A stretch of DNA of 40,169 bases from Catajapyx aquilonaris (GCA_000934665.2 JYFJ02003562.1:1-40169), one strand, 5' to 3'; counted from the first letter of the stretch, positions 9,574 through 23,217 are shown. A program made the numbers and translations. The notes: a model not told the origin generated them from the sequence alone.

Positions 9574-12500
9574 ACAAGTGTGCATGAGGGATGCGACTGT
9601 TTTATGAACAATAGGCAGTCAGGAAATCTGCAGGTCTTCTTTTTTTTTTCCTTTAATTTTTAATGTGTTGAGGGTGTTTGGCTATGACTCACTATTCAGG
9701 GAAATGCATCACAGGAATTCCAGTCTGTGTAAAATGTACCAAAGCTTCATCTACTGCAGAGTACTTGAAAGAGTGCCACAGTGATGTGCTTTTGCTTGGG
9801 CCACACACACCATTTTAATGTAACAAAACTAAGTGAGGATGTTGTTCAGTTTGGTGAATAACACTGAAAATCAACTGCCACGTTACCGGTACAAATTAGA
9901 ACTGTTTATGTTTAGGACCTTGCGGCAGGACAAGAGTGGTAAGGATGAGGAGATTTTTGTTGTTGTTGTTGCTTTTGTCAATTATTGGAAGCAACTATAA
10001 CTATAATATGTGTCCAAATAGTACATAAACAGATACTTGGTAGTAAGTTGGCAGCATACTTTTGAAGAACCGTTTATACCATTTTCCAGTGAACTTGATG
10101 ACTTGTGTGATGCAGTAGGAGCAAGCGTAATGCAAATGTCAAAAAGTATAACTTTTGTTAGTGCCACTCATCAGAAGCATTTATCCTGAAATGATGATGC
10201 TTCAAGATGGAATGTATGTGGGCATGTGTGTGCAGTAACTAGGTGATGGAGTTAAAAATGATTGCAGAGGCCAAAATTTTGGGCATGATTGTTATAGTCA
10301 CTAGAAATTAAGTATGTGTGCCTTCAAATCCCAGTTCCTTTTTTTTTTTTGTTAATCCCACAGATTATTTTTTTTACATGTTCTTTTCACTTTAATTTTC
10401 ACTTACTGTAATGGTAGTTTGTGTAGGTTGACATTTTTGTTTTAAAATACATGAATATTGGATGAATACGTGGATGACACCAATCTTGTCTCTTTTTGTA
10501 GAACTTCCCGAACCATGACCTCACCCTAGGAGATCAGGATAAATTTTTCAGGTAACCTGTGACCTTGTTAGAGGTGGGCTGAATAAATCTAACCCTCCCC
10601 TCTTTTTCTTGAATTTGTGAGATATGGATGCACCTCCCAAGTGATGAAATGCAGTACAAGCCACATTCCCAGGAGAGTAATTGGCTCTATCAGAGCAATG
10701 GCTTCATGGAAAGCCGGTTTGTTTTCTAGCAGTGCTATTTGTTTTTCCTGCAGCGTTCTGTCTGAATTGAGGAAAAGGGGCTTGTATTTGGGAGGGATAG
10801 TAATTTGTCACGTGATTATGTTATTCCGAAGTCAGTATGCAATCTGAAATACCACAGATAAGAACAGAATGTACTGCCATGTACCTCCACCATGCTCAAT
10901 TCAGAATACCACACATTACTTGCTAGAAGATTGCAAGGAATATACGGGTATATATGTAAGTCATTCTGATATAGACAGTTACTAGCATAAATCCATGTTG
11001 TTTCCATCCTTAAAATAATTTTAAAAACTGTAGCTGCAATGTGTGTCCAGATTTGCTTGTCTAGTTCCACTATTGGGATGAACAAATCAAATGGAGCTGG
11101 AAAAATGAAAATCAACCTTATCAGACAATGCAGTCATAGTTTTTTTCTCCAAGGACGGATGCCTGAATGCTTGCATGTCTGTACCAGGTTGCGTCTGGAG
11201 TGTGTAATTGGTATTAGAATGAAAGAAGTGCACACCAGTACCTTGTACCAGATGTGCTGACACCCAACCATGCAGTGCCCCTGGAAAGATTCCTCAAATA
11301 GCCTGGTGTGGTGGAGTGGGTGCTTTTGCGACTAAGCGAATCAAGTGTATCGCCGTATTTCCCTCCCGAATATAGGTGTTTTGGGGTCGCGATCAAAAAG
11401 TCTGGGAACAATAGGCCTAATCCACTGACTAAAGGTTGACGTACCTCTAACAGCAGGGCAATAGCAAAGGTCAGCAGCAACGAAACTGTAGGTGTCACCT
11501 TCAATGCCCTCTCCGTGAAACTCTGGTAAAAATCGTCGATACGAATGTTCATCATGCTAACGTACTTCTTTTCCTGATGGTGGTAGCCCGTGGCCGTATA
11601 GCATCCAGTTGCTTTAGAGAGGAAGGGTGAAGCAAACCAAGGAGCATTACATTTGGCAGCACGGCGGTGATGAAGCCAAGGATGAAGCAGTGTCGTGGAC
11701 TGGTGAGTACTGCTGCTTGTTTGCCATTTTTTTACCTCCTCCTCTGACATGTGAGTTGATGAATAATGCCGCTCAGTCTTTGAACTTACGCGAATGTGTT
11801 TATGGGGAAATCTGCCTAGTGCAAATTAAAAGAAGCAATTTTGTTAAAATTCGATATTTGACACTTTGTTACAATCAGAAACAGACACGGGAGAATAACC
11901 CAGCGCCGCCCGCATGCGTCGCTGCAAGTCACCGGCCAAAATCACGTAACTGCCCCCTACTCAAATGGCACGTTTGACACCCCCAGCGCTACGAATAACG
12001 GGCATAAATGCGGAGGTGGAATCAGCCATAAATCAGACCAGTTACCGGAAGCCCATCCATCCTTCAACTTAAGCCCCGATCGGGTGTACCATCGCAACAC
12101 CTATCTCAGCAATGGCCGTCTGGGCGATATGGATGCAAGAAATCGCCAGGTATGTCCCTGCAGGGGTTCCAGGTTGTGAGCTAGGTCGTCGCTGCCGTTT
12201 TTGTTGTTTTGTCGCGTGCTTTCCCCCCGGAGCATCCTGCCCTCCAACCGACTCCCAAACATTTTCTGATTGCTTCGTGAGCCTCCCTCCGAGAACGAGA
12301 AGCTAGATCCATTTCTCACTCGAGATTTGATACTCAGCAGGAGAATTCCTTTCTGGAGTGTCCCAGAACAATGCGGACCATAAGTTACGCGGGTGAAATC
12401 ATTTGTAGCGTTATGGCCTCAGTCTATGGGTGCTATCAATGATCAATGATGCCATTAATAATATGGAGGGACCTTCGATGTGTGTGTGTGTGTCAATATT

Positions 12501-15500
12501 TTGAGCACGTAGCTGGCTCAAAGTGTGCAAACAAACACATGGCGGCGTTTTGGTCTATTGTTGCGATGTCATCTCGAGCCGGGATTGTTATCCTCGTATT
12601 TGCCAGTCGCACAATGAGTAGTCGGGTAATTGTGTTTTTCACGTCTCCGGCCAGCATCTGTCATCTCCAGATGGCGATTTTCAGCCTTGAGTTTCAGAAA
12701 TATTCGTTTGGTTGTGGGGGGGCTCTTGTCTTAGTATTTTTTAATCACCGGCTCTTATGCAAGCTGCGACTTGAATAGTCTGAAAGCGACAATAAGCGTC
12801 AGATCCATGCAACATTAGGTTTGATTTGAATGGTTCGGTAGTGAATGAGCAGCTTCGGATCCTCGAAAGGGGACTTAGGATCGTGGGATAAATTCGAGAG
12901 CCATTTTTGCACAGTCAAGTCATGACTCTTTAGAGATAAGCTTCCTTTGACGGACGGTGTGTGTTTTTGTAATGCCGACCGATAGCTGAAGGTTTCATCT
13001 GGCGTCAATGGACACAATCTGCACGAATCTTTCGGCTAATTATTGTGGTAACATATGAGGAAGCGATATAGATGACGAGTATAGAGCGTTTTTTCTACTT
13101 CAGGGCGCTTTAATGTTGAGGAGAAATGGTCGTGACGGTGTTCCCACCTGGTAGGGTCATAGGTCAGGGGTGGAGGGGTCCGAGAGGGGGCGGAACCCAG
13201 GCCCCAAGGGCCACTCCAACCAGCTGTGGGAACTTAGCCTAGCCGCGCTCTTTTTTTTTCCTTATAATTTTTTAGGGACAAGCGACAAAGCAGCCCTCCA
13301 GGGCACTTATTCGCAACATTTTCTTACGGGATTGCGGTTTTTCTGCGGACAACCCCTTATTTACGCTGACATAAGATAACGGTCTGTTTGTCACTTGGGA
13401 TGCAGCCGCGGAAGGGCTTGCAGAAGGTAGTTTGGTAAACAAGAGCAAGTTGACACGTTCCACATTCACACGCACCATTTGCATATTGTTCTGCATAACT
13501 GGACTTGAAGATGCGAGGGCGGATTTCTGGGTGGTTTGTAGGATGAAACGGGTCATTATTATGACAACTACTGTGCGAGTTAAACTAAAGAGTGTGGGGT
13601 ATAATTTTTCTGACATGCAAATTGGTGTACTATAACTGTTCAATTTGTCAGGTTCCGGTTAAAAAGAAAATTTGCGATTCGATTCAGATTTAATAATGGC
13701 CACACTGGGCAATGCACGTCTTCTGACCAAAAATGGCGCAACGTGAAGGTGGAAGGTGCAAGCCTCCAGGCCCTAGATGGCTGCACCATACTTCCGGAAC
13801 TTTGTATATATAAAAAAATCACAAAGCGGAGCAAATTGCAGTGTAATGGTCCCCTCTTTTGCCCTCCCTCCTCATAGGGCCCGTGATATATAACCGGGCA
13901 TGAATCACACGATCCTCATCGGCCAGTACCGTCGTCTCTATTTGAACCCGAAATCGGCCATCTTGCTAGGAGAGAGCACGCGAGGAGTCGTGTCAAATTT
14001 GGACGTTGTTAAACGCCGCACCGGCCATTACAAGGCTCATCTCATCCACATTTCACACGTACCGGGACACGGCCTAAGGGCATCAACCAACCGACTTGAA
14101 GAGCACCGATGATACACACGGTTTTGGAGCAAGTGTGGTGGGGGTTATATACAGATGATTACGGATCGGGGCTCAATTCAGGCTCGCCGATATCCATAAG
14201 TCGTGACCATTAGTTCACACGTTTCGGGGGTACTTTTCGGTGGGAAGTATCAGGAGGCTGGAAATGGCTGGAGCATGATTTCGGTGTTTTTGAAGAACCG
14301 AATAAAAAAAAGAAGAAGAAGGTTCTAGTGCCGCCTTGCATTCCAGAGGGATGGAGGAGGGATATGAGTTACTGTATGCTCCTTTTTGAGGGTTTTAAAA
14401 TGAGTATATGCGTACTATTTGGGACAAAAGCGTGATCATATATGGCGTCATTCTGAGAGATGACAGGGATGATTTGAATTTGAATATTGCTAACCAATGA
14501 TGTCATGGATGAATTCATCGACTTGATGGACTGATGATGTGTGGACGAATACATGTGAGATGAGCTGGGGGTTAAAATGGGAGCAGATAGTTCAATGGGA
14601 ATGAGTTTTGTCATCTGAAAAATCACAGACCGTGGACGAGTTACACTGAACCAGAGCGTTGTCACGTTTCGTTTGTACCACAGACTCAGTTCGTGACACA
14701 ACTCGCACCTTCGCCTGCCTACCTCTCAATGGTTCATTAGTATTTAATGAATTAGTGTATAGAAGGCACTGGGTCTGGCCAGCACAAAACCACATCACCA
14801 TTATTTTTTTGTGGGTGTATGTAAGCATACCACTCTGATGGTACGACCCTGTGGAGTGACCAGGAGCGTGACACGAGAGGAATCTTCTCACAATCCTGTT
14901 GCTACTTGTGAAACAACTGCCTGTGAGGACTCATTTGCCTTCTCGATGGGGGTTGGACAGTCGTAACCTAGCAGCCCATCTCTTGCGCCCTATGTGGCGA
15001 CGCCATTTTTATCAAGTACTCCACTTCTGGCCTCAAACATTGATCAAATCCGGGATCTTGACAGCTCAGATTTTTGTAGAATGTAACTCACATTTTGTGA
15101 ACTAACTATATGTAGAAGAGAATAGGCGTTCCAAAGGTTCGGTCCATTAAAAAAAAAGTCCAAGGGCGTTTTCTTCGACAAGACTGCATCAAGCAGAGCG
15201 ATGACATAAAGGATGATCGTAATTATCCTTCGCAGTAGGATGCGAGACTCGAGCTATCCTGAGGAGAGCAAAAGGTCTCAAACTGTTCATGCCAAGTTAT
15301 GCTCTGAGCTGGCTTGCCTATTTTCTTTGCAAAGGTTAATTACACATGTGACTTCCCCGCCTGAAGGGAGCGCTACGCAACCTTATTGCCTACATTCCTG
15401 GTTATTAATGACCATAAAGCTGTGTTGTTGTTTTTTTCTTTGCAGGGGAGAGGGGGGGGTGTCGGTTGAAAGATTCATGAACTATACAGGTCGCTAATGA

Positions 15501-16149
15501 GATGTCCGATATTGTGAGGTCAATAAGGATTGTTAATCAACTTTCATTTTTTTTAAACGTAAGACCTGATTTTGTGCTGGCTATGAAAATTGCGTAACTA
15601 TCATTCGCAGAAATGTTAAATATCAGCCACATATTCAATTAATAGAGTGGCGAGTCAGTTACAATGGCAGCAATACTGGCTAAGGAGAATAGGAAAAAAA
15701 AATATCCATACTGACATCCTCGTGAGCGATAAGCACGATAAGGAATCCGGCGCGAGCTCTTCATCCCCACCTGAAACTTGTCTCTAGCAAATTTTTTTCT
15801 TCTATTTTTTTTTCTATATATAATAGGCAGGCCAGGGATGATCAGCAGCCACAAAAGCTTCCCCAACCGTATAATTAAAGGCAAGAGGGGGCTGGGCATT
15901 AGACGGGGATCATCCGTGACATCGAATGCACGGATCTGGCATCAGGCCCACAGCATCCTTTAAGGATAATCGAATATTGGGAATCCGCTACGCCTCTGGG
16001 GGCAGGCTTTCCCGGATTACTGGCTGCGGACGGTGAATTATGGCTAGGGAAAAAGGGCCGACTTTGGACTCAAGACCGGTCGCAAGTGCACCACAAAATG
16101 ATCTTATACCGTAGCTAAGAAATAATATAATGACTGAGATCAACTGATG

Positions 16150-16300
16150 TATCGAAAATTAATTTCGAAATCGACATTGCAAATAAAATCACCATCGATA
16201 TGGAAATTATTAGCAAAATATATATTGCAATTATCAAAATCGATATTGCAAATATAATCTCACAAATTATGGAAAATTAACTTCTTAAATCGATATAAAA
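16150..16300. repeat. Degenerate AT-rich tandem repeat
   Basis: Recurring aaatcgaYattgcaaat and atggaaatt units. Confidence 0.55.
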
Positions 16301-19300
16301 ATTGTCATTAAACAGCAAATTTAAGTAATATGTGACATCCATAGGTCAAAATGGTGCCTAAAATTCTCAGACCAAATTGGGCTCCCTATATTTCCCCCTG
16401 TGATTTATCCGACGCAGTGCATACCGGCACCGTCCCCATAATTCTTAGTCAGTGCGCTTAGGATTCCAGACGTGACCCCCAGATATGGATCACCTTGTCC
16501 AGTGTCTGGGTGTCACGGAAGCCCCTGTCAAAAAAGGCACCGCTCTGGGCTTCCACAGCGCACTCCTCTTGATCGGCACTCACTGTCAGTGACCCCCGTG
16601 GCCTGTCTTACTTGCCTTGCACACCCCTACCCTCCCATTCTATGCAAAGTCCTTTAGGGGAAGAGGCACACCCATATATCCCCCCATTTTTTTCCGGACC
16701 ACCTTTTGTTTGGTTTATAAGCAAAAGAGTCCGTCCATCCAGTGCAAATCATGCATGCATGCAGAGGCTTCTTCTTACACCAGGTACAGGGGGGGTTGGG
16801 GGGGTTGGGNGGGGGGGGATTAAAAAGAACACGATGGTTGTGATAGTAGGGGCCTTCCAGAGGGTCCGGTCCCAATGACGGGCCTCTCTGCGGGGAAGCG
16901 TGGGCTTTGAAAAATCACTGATCTCTCCAAACATGATCCGCTCGTAATAAGTTTATCTTTCCAATCCCCCGCCGCCATCACGGGACTTGGCAGGCGATTA
17001 TCCAATTATTCAGCGGCATGGAATGAAGTTAACTCGAGGCCTGATGAAGAATCGGTCAGGATACATTTTTTCTTATGGGTTTAAGAGGTTGGTTGATTTT
17101 TTAAAGGAATGTGGTGCAACAAAGGGAATTTTATAGTTATTGTGGTGTACCACAAACTTGTAGCAAGTGACCACTTGGTCATAGTGGACATTTATTTATC
17201 AATGGTAGGGCTATAGTTGCGAATCAGTATGACTTGTAGATATGGTAGAGTAGACAAAAGAATGACAGTAGTTCGGCGTGACCCAGCATATTTTTCCATT
17301 ATAGAAGCAGGAACTGTACACTTCTTGTTTGAGGGGGTCATCCGTGCAAAATTATCCTTCCCAGAAGAGATGTTCGGAGATGTTGCCGACTAAGACACAT
17401 CAGAATGGCTGCAGCGTAATGAGACATGTTATTAAGTGAACTATTGACCAAAATATCATGAGTAAAGTTACTTATTGAGGAAATATGCAAATAACAGGAA
17501 TATTTGAATACTTCTGTATTACTATTGAATTTGTTGACTCTCCTACGATGAGTATGTGACTATTCTGTATGTGCGACGTTGGTTGTAAATCTGTCCCCAA
17601 TCACTTAGGAATGTGACCCACCCTCTTTCTCCATAGGTCTCTTTCGGTTTGACTCGTTCGACCCTTCTTGATTTTTATCCCGTCCTATCTGTTCCCTATC
17701 TCCCACTACATACATCTTGTCTGATATAGTCTTTCATACATAATACATTGGTATGTAGGTATGGATACATTCCGCATAGAAATATTAAAAGTGGCTATAG
17801 TGCCAAAGGGCATTGCTCTCACGCGCCCTATAATAAATATAGTTTCCGATCAAACCAAAGTGTACAAATTCGATCAGTCCGAGGCGATACCTTCAGATTA
17901 ACTTCTAGTCTACAGATAAGGTTTGATTGATTCTTGGCGGGGCGCAGCAGACAACCGAAGCCTTTCCTGGAAGGCTGCCGGTTAGATCCACCAACCTTTT
18001 TTTTTTTCTCCTCTTCTACTTTTACCTCTCACAAAAACATTAGACATTCCAGGGGCGTGTGCACCGCGTGTTGCTCTCCAGATTTTATCACATGAATAAA
18101 CAAGGGATTACTTTTTTTATGTACCTCAATAGATTCATTTGCTATCGGATGGTTCAGGTTCAGACCACTGCAATTCCCGCCATTTTTAGTAAGATGGCCA
18201 CCTGGGAGTAAGCAAGATGTACAGATGCAGAGAAGTGTTTCCAGCTTGAGCAGATCCAAATCGAGGAGCGTGAACACAGGCAGCCAGGTGAAGGAGATGA
18301 TTACCTGCAGGGGGAAAAAAAGAATTAAAAAAAAAAAAAAGTCGTGACGCCTCCAGCGACTTGTGAGAGGTAGTCGGCGGCAGGTATACTGCAACAGCAC
18401 ACGAGGGTATCAAAGAGTCGCATCTGCACACCTCTGAGGGATAGGGGTGAAGGGGGAAGGAGGATGTGGGGGAGAAGAGATGGAGTTGGGAGATAAAGTC
18501 TTGTCGGAGATTGGCAGGAGGAAGAGAGAGAAGAGGCTGCTGGGTAGTTTACGATCTACCGTTCTCACTCGAGGATTCTTTTGCAACTGCGCTGATCATC
18601 GGAGGATGAGGTGTTACATGCCTGTTGTGACTCCAGATGTCACTCGCCAATATGGGGCCAAGCACTTGCATTCCTGATGAGTATGGAGCAGATGCTAGTC
18701 GAACGTTAATTAGCTCGTTTTTCAAATGTGTTAACAGTACAAAATTATGTGCAAACATTTTTTTAGAAATTTTTTAGAAATTTTAGAATCTGCCGCATTA
18801 TAAACAATTTAGAGCAATTTTGTACACACTTGAAATAAAACTTCATACTTTTGGGTGTAACTAACTGATTCATTAAAGCCATTTGTCAATCAATTTTTTG
18901 TTGATTTGCTAAAATATTTCACCAAAATTGGCACAAATTTGCTATAATAAGTTTGAAGAAAACCGCAAAAAACTGCTACTCGCATATATCCCAGGCCCTG
19001 CTGCACATGGTGTCTCAGGTGTTCCCTTCATAAATCCCCACGACGTGAGTTTCTCCTAACTATCTTGCAATAATTGAAAGTGGTTTCACATTTGTCGCAA
19101 TTTCGACACGTACACTACGTACCAAAAAAAAGTGTAATTTATAGTCAGCCTCTAACAACAGTCGTTGCCGTGCTAATAACTTAGGTCGTTTTAGAGCAGA
19201 TGTACAGTACAATCGTTGCATCTGCCATTTTTTTTTTCCTTCAAAGAAAACACATCTACTATTTTTTCTCGTCCCAAATATTGAGGCCCTCCCCTCATCA

Positions 19301-22300
19301 CCAGTTGACATGTGAATTATTGCAAGAACGACGTAGTTGCGTTAAGGGCCGCATTACCTTATCGGAAAGATCAAAGTGGTAATTGTTTGGTGGGTGTTGA
19401 AGTGCATGCCGGTTAATTGGCACGGTGTAACTATCAGGGACCTTAATGGATTTTCACTCATTAAAATGATTTCATTTGACCATTTTATTCAGGAAAGGGG
19501 ATATATGGAAAAAGGGGGTTATTACCTGGCGGATGATGGTAGTCATTAAGTTTTATTAGTTCGAGGGGTTCACCGGCAGGATGCACCCAGATCGTTTGCC
19601 ACGATTACGACTATGTGCATGATTATGGCTAAACGACGGCCTGGGAAATTAATTGGTCAGGGTCGAGGTCACGGACCAGGTCACGAAATGCTACACTACA
19701 ATTATTACTGATTGGTCGGAAGCGTAGAGCCCTGGCCGATTGTTTTATGGTACGGAGAGGACTTGCTGATAACGATGAGTGATCGATGCCAAAGTGCATA
19801 AGTCACGTTGGGAGGTGTCAGTCAAAAGACGGATTTGGGAGGGTCACGACTGACCCCTTTTGTTGGGAAGTTTGAAATAATGCAGAGGAGTTCCTCGTGC
19901 CTTGAACAAAAAATAGCCTACCGAAGGATGCATATTAAAAAGTAGCCCAAATTGAACTGGGAGGTTCGGCAAATAATTTCTAGGTCGACTGTTTCTAAAT
20001 ACCAAGCAGTAAAATAGTCACGACATTTTGAAGCTTTCACAAGTGACAATCGCAACAATTGTCGCGCACCTGTCGGAAATGACAGTGAAATAATATCGAA
20101 GCCCCTATTTTTTTGTAAAAAAAAATAATCTCAAAATAAAGATCACGTCCTAGCGCCAAATTCCATTACACTCTATAAAAAAACACTATCGCACATCAGA
20201 AACACCGCTAAACGAAAAACCTAGACGAAATGTCAAGTCTGGACTGACAAATTAGAGCGATTTGTGTGTAAAAAATATTTTGTCCTCCCCCTCCATTTTG
20301 CCCAGTCTTTTTTTTCTCTTATCTACCTTCATTGTCTCATTACATTACCATTCCTGGCGCGGACAAGACAAGGGTGCTAACGTGTCCAGATAGAGAAAAG
20401 AGATCGAGGCTCCTTTAAGTGGCCGCCCTCGTAAAATGGGACCGATTCTCAAGGGGGGGAGAACCTTTGAAAAAAAAAAGCACCAAAAAGAGGCCGGCCT
20501 GCCTTTTTGAAGTGTACTTTGGTATTAGACGGAGCGTTTTACGACCTGATCTTACAATGAGGTGTAGCCAAGGTGGTCTCCATCACTATACTTTTCGGTC
20601 GCTTTTTGGCCAGGTGATGGACGGGACCCGGATTCTGCTACACTTCTAGCAATTATCGTATAGGAGAGAAATACGCTATCAAACACTGCCTGATGGAATT
20701 TCACGACGTTCCTAGCCCTATTTTATGAAAGTGCAAAAATGTTATGAGGAAACAGATGCTGATATGCTAATTACAATAGTTTGACAAATTTGCGGTTTTT
20801 CTATTGTGTGTTCGACAGAATGATTTTTCATTTTTGGGGGGAGTTATTTATGCATGTTATTGTTAACAGGCTGCCGATGCACACAGTAAGTTATTTGGCA
20901 ATAATGGGTGATTCTTTTCAGTGTGTCCTATTGTGTAGTCAGATTCAGGGGGGGGTGACATAACCGTCGCATTTCCTCTGCTTCTACATGGCGTCGTCGG
21001 CTCGCTTAAGAACAAAATATCGGCGACCACCCAGAAACGGCTGTGTTGGTCAGTGTGGATTTGGTCACGACATCTTGGAGTCGTCTTCGTGAGCCATCAC
21101 TTAGCGGACAGTCCCCAAAAGCGCGGCCTTTTTTTTTCTCGTGGTCTTGGAAAAGCAGAAGAAGGAAGGCTTAATGACAATCATTTCTCTTTCTGGTATA
21201 GCGAGGCCGAAGGATAGAATTATTATATGTACCAGGCTGGATCTCTTTGTAATTTCAATACCGAGTTCAAAAGACTCAGAATGTGGGAGAAAGAAGGAGG
21301 GGAAGAAGGAGAAAAAAAATTAATGACCTCATTTTTGGAGACCTACAGCGTTGAGATCTGGAAAGCAGCAGGTGCGGAGTAGTGTGAATGATCATTTTTA
21401 TTATTATTATAAATGCGGTATGTGGCTAGTATAAATGAGATATGCTCACACAAGCATGTAAGTTGTCGAGACTCACCATTTGTAAATGGATAAGACGAGG
21501 AAAAATAATAGGCTGGCGGCATGTATGGGTAGTGCATATTGACCAAATTATGAGTCTGTCATGCACGTAATACATTTTATAGCAGATTTGTATCAACTCA
21601 CACAAAACAATTTTGTAACAGAATTACATCATCGGAATGTCTGCTGGTATATCTTATTAAAATCTGAGAACGGACGTCCAATTTGTTGTATTTTTGGAAA
21701 ACGAAAATAATGATGTCTTTTTCCTGTCACAAAGATGTGATTTTGTGAGGGGAGGAAATGTGTCGAGACTACTGAGAAAATATTTATCTCCGGATCTGAC
21801 TCGACACTAACAGTGTCATGACACGCGAGACGTGTAATCTAATAGCGTTGGGTGGACTAATATTGTTTCAAAACGTTTTTCGGAAGGGTTGATTGTGTTG
21901 ATATTATCTCCCTGCCACACATCTGCGGTAGAATAATTATTAGTCCCTACAGTACAAAAGAATTGTAGGCTGTTGGCCTACCTAGAAATATTTTTTTTAC
22001 CTGCACAAAATTGTGCCAGAAAGGTGTCTTTGTTGGAATCACAGGTTCACGCTGCACTTTTCTGGCAGTGGACATCAAAATTTAATATTTTTTACAACAA
22101 AATTTCCCCTCATTATAATGGTAACGGCCAAACTTATGCTAGCTTGTGTGCCTAATTCAAAATTAAGATCAACTATCATCTACATATTAAATATTGCATT
22201 TTGTGCATTTATGCGGGATGTCACACACTAAAAATATGTTATATTTATAAAATTTGATATGCCCATCCTGAATCATTTGGCAATATATTACGTCGCAGAA

Positions 22301-22805
22301 CATGACTGTTAATTATTAGCTTAAAATCGAACCGGATCCACATGTAAATCAGTTCACTGCAATAAGCCATCAATTTTGTTCCCCTTTAAATGTGACACTG
22401 ACCAATCTCTCTTCTCTCCTGGTCGAAAAGAGGCAGCTGAGGAAAATAAGTATTTCATCTCCTGTGATTACCCGCCTTTCCTCCCAACAATTTGCTCGCC
22501 TTGATGGTCGAACCGAATGGAGCCGAGAGACCAATAAGGATAGCTAATGGCACCGATCACGCGAGTGGAACAACCGACTACGCTGGTGGCTTCCCCCCCC
22601 CCNCTCGATATCAAGTCTCAGCACGTGCACCCCCACGCCTCCCCTAACCTCTCTCACCATCTTATAACTCTTACAAACTAGTCCGTCACTTCCCATAATC
22701 CCCCTCCGAGCCGTAAAGCTGCCATCCCCGCTCATCCAATCAGCCGTTAAAGTCCGAGTTGAACCACCCAAGCTCACCTGATTTACGCTCCCGCATTGGT
22801 TGATC

Positions 22806-22892
22806 CACTTTTCTATCCCTTAGGCAGGGCCCGAACGAATATATGGCCGTCGGAATATTTCGTTCGGGCCCTGTCTAAAGGATAGAAAAGTG
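22806..22892. repeat. 87-nt near-perfect inverted repeat (hairpin)
   Basis: cacttttctatcccttaggcagggcccgaacgaa-(19 nt)-ttcgttcgggccctgtctaaaggatagaaaagtg; 34-bp arms with 2 non-Watson-Crick positions. Confidence 0.9.
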
Positions 22893-23217
22893 TGGCTTTA
22901 GTTAGTAAATATTTAGAGGCGTCCAATACCTTCTAGTTGAATGCCGCTCCTGTCTCGATTTTATTGTTCTTTATGATCCCAGGCCTGTTTTGTGGCTGGG
23001 TGTCATTATGGGATTCACTTTTCTAGAGCCGTTTGAATCAATATGGTTTCTTCTGAATGGTACATTAGGATAATGAGTGGTTTGGCACTAAAAAGAGGAG
23101 TTACGAGGATGAATTCCAGGCCTGGACGTCAGTTATTCATTTTGGGAATGGAGAAGTTATGGCGGCTGTGGTAGGTAGAAAGCAGTGAAAAGCGTGGCTG
23201 TAAATGAATTTATTTCA

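Noticed and set aside
11214..11750. 178-aa minus-strand ORF, the longest outside the two genes
   Set aside because: No recognisable domain or motif and no convincing exon structure. A BLASTp/RNA-seq check is needed to exclude it fully.
14410..14700. Weak inverted similarity (tgggacaaaagcgtga / tcacgtttcgtttgtacca)
   Set aside because: Too short and gapped, with no TSD.
16150..16300. Repeat-spacer-like pattern considered as a CRISPR array
   Set aside because: Eukaryotic context, degenerate AT-rich units, no regular unique spacers and no cas genes.
16789..16818. G-run/G4 motif containing an N (another N at 22603 in a C-run)
   Set aside because: The homopolymer is unresolved in the assembly, so its length and structure are unreliable.
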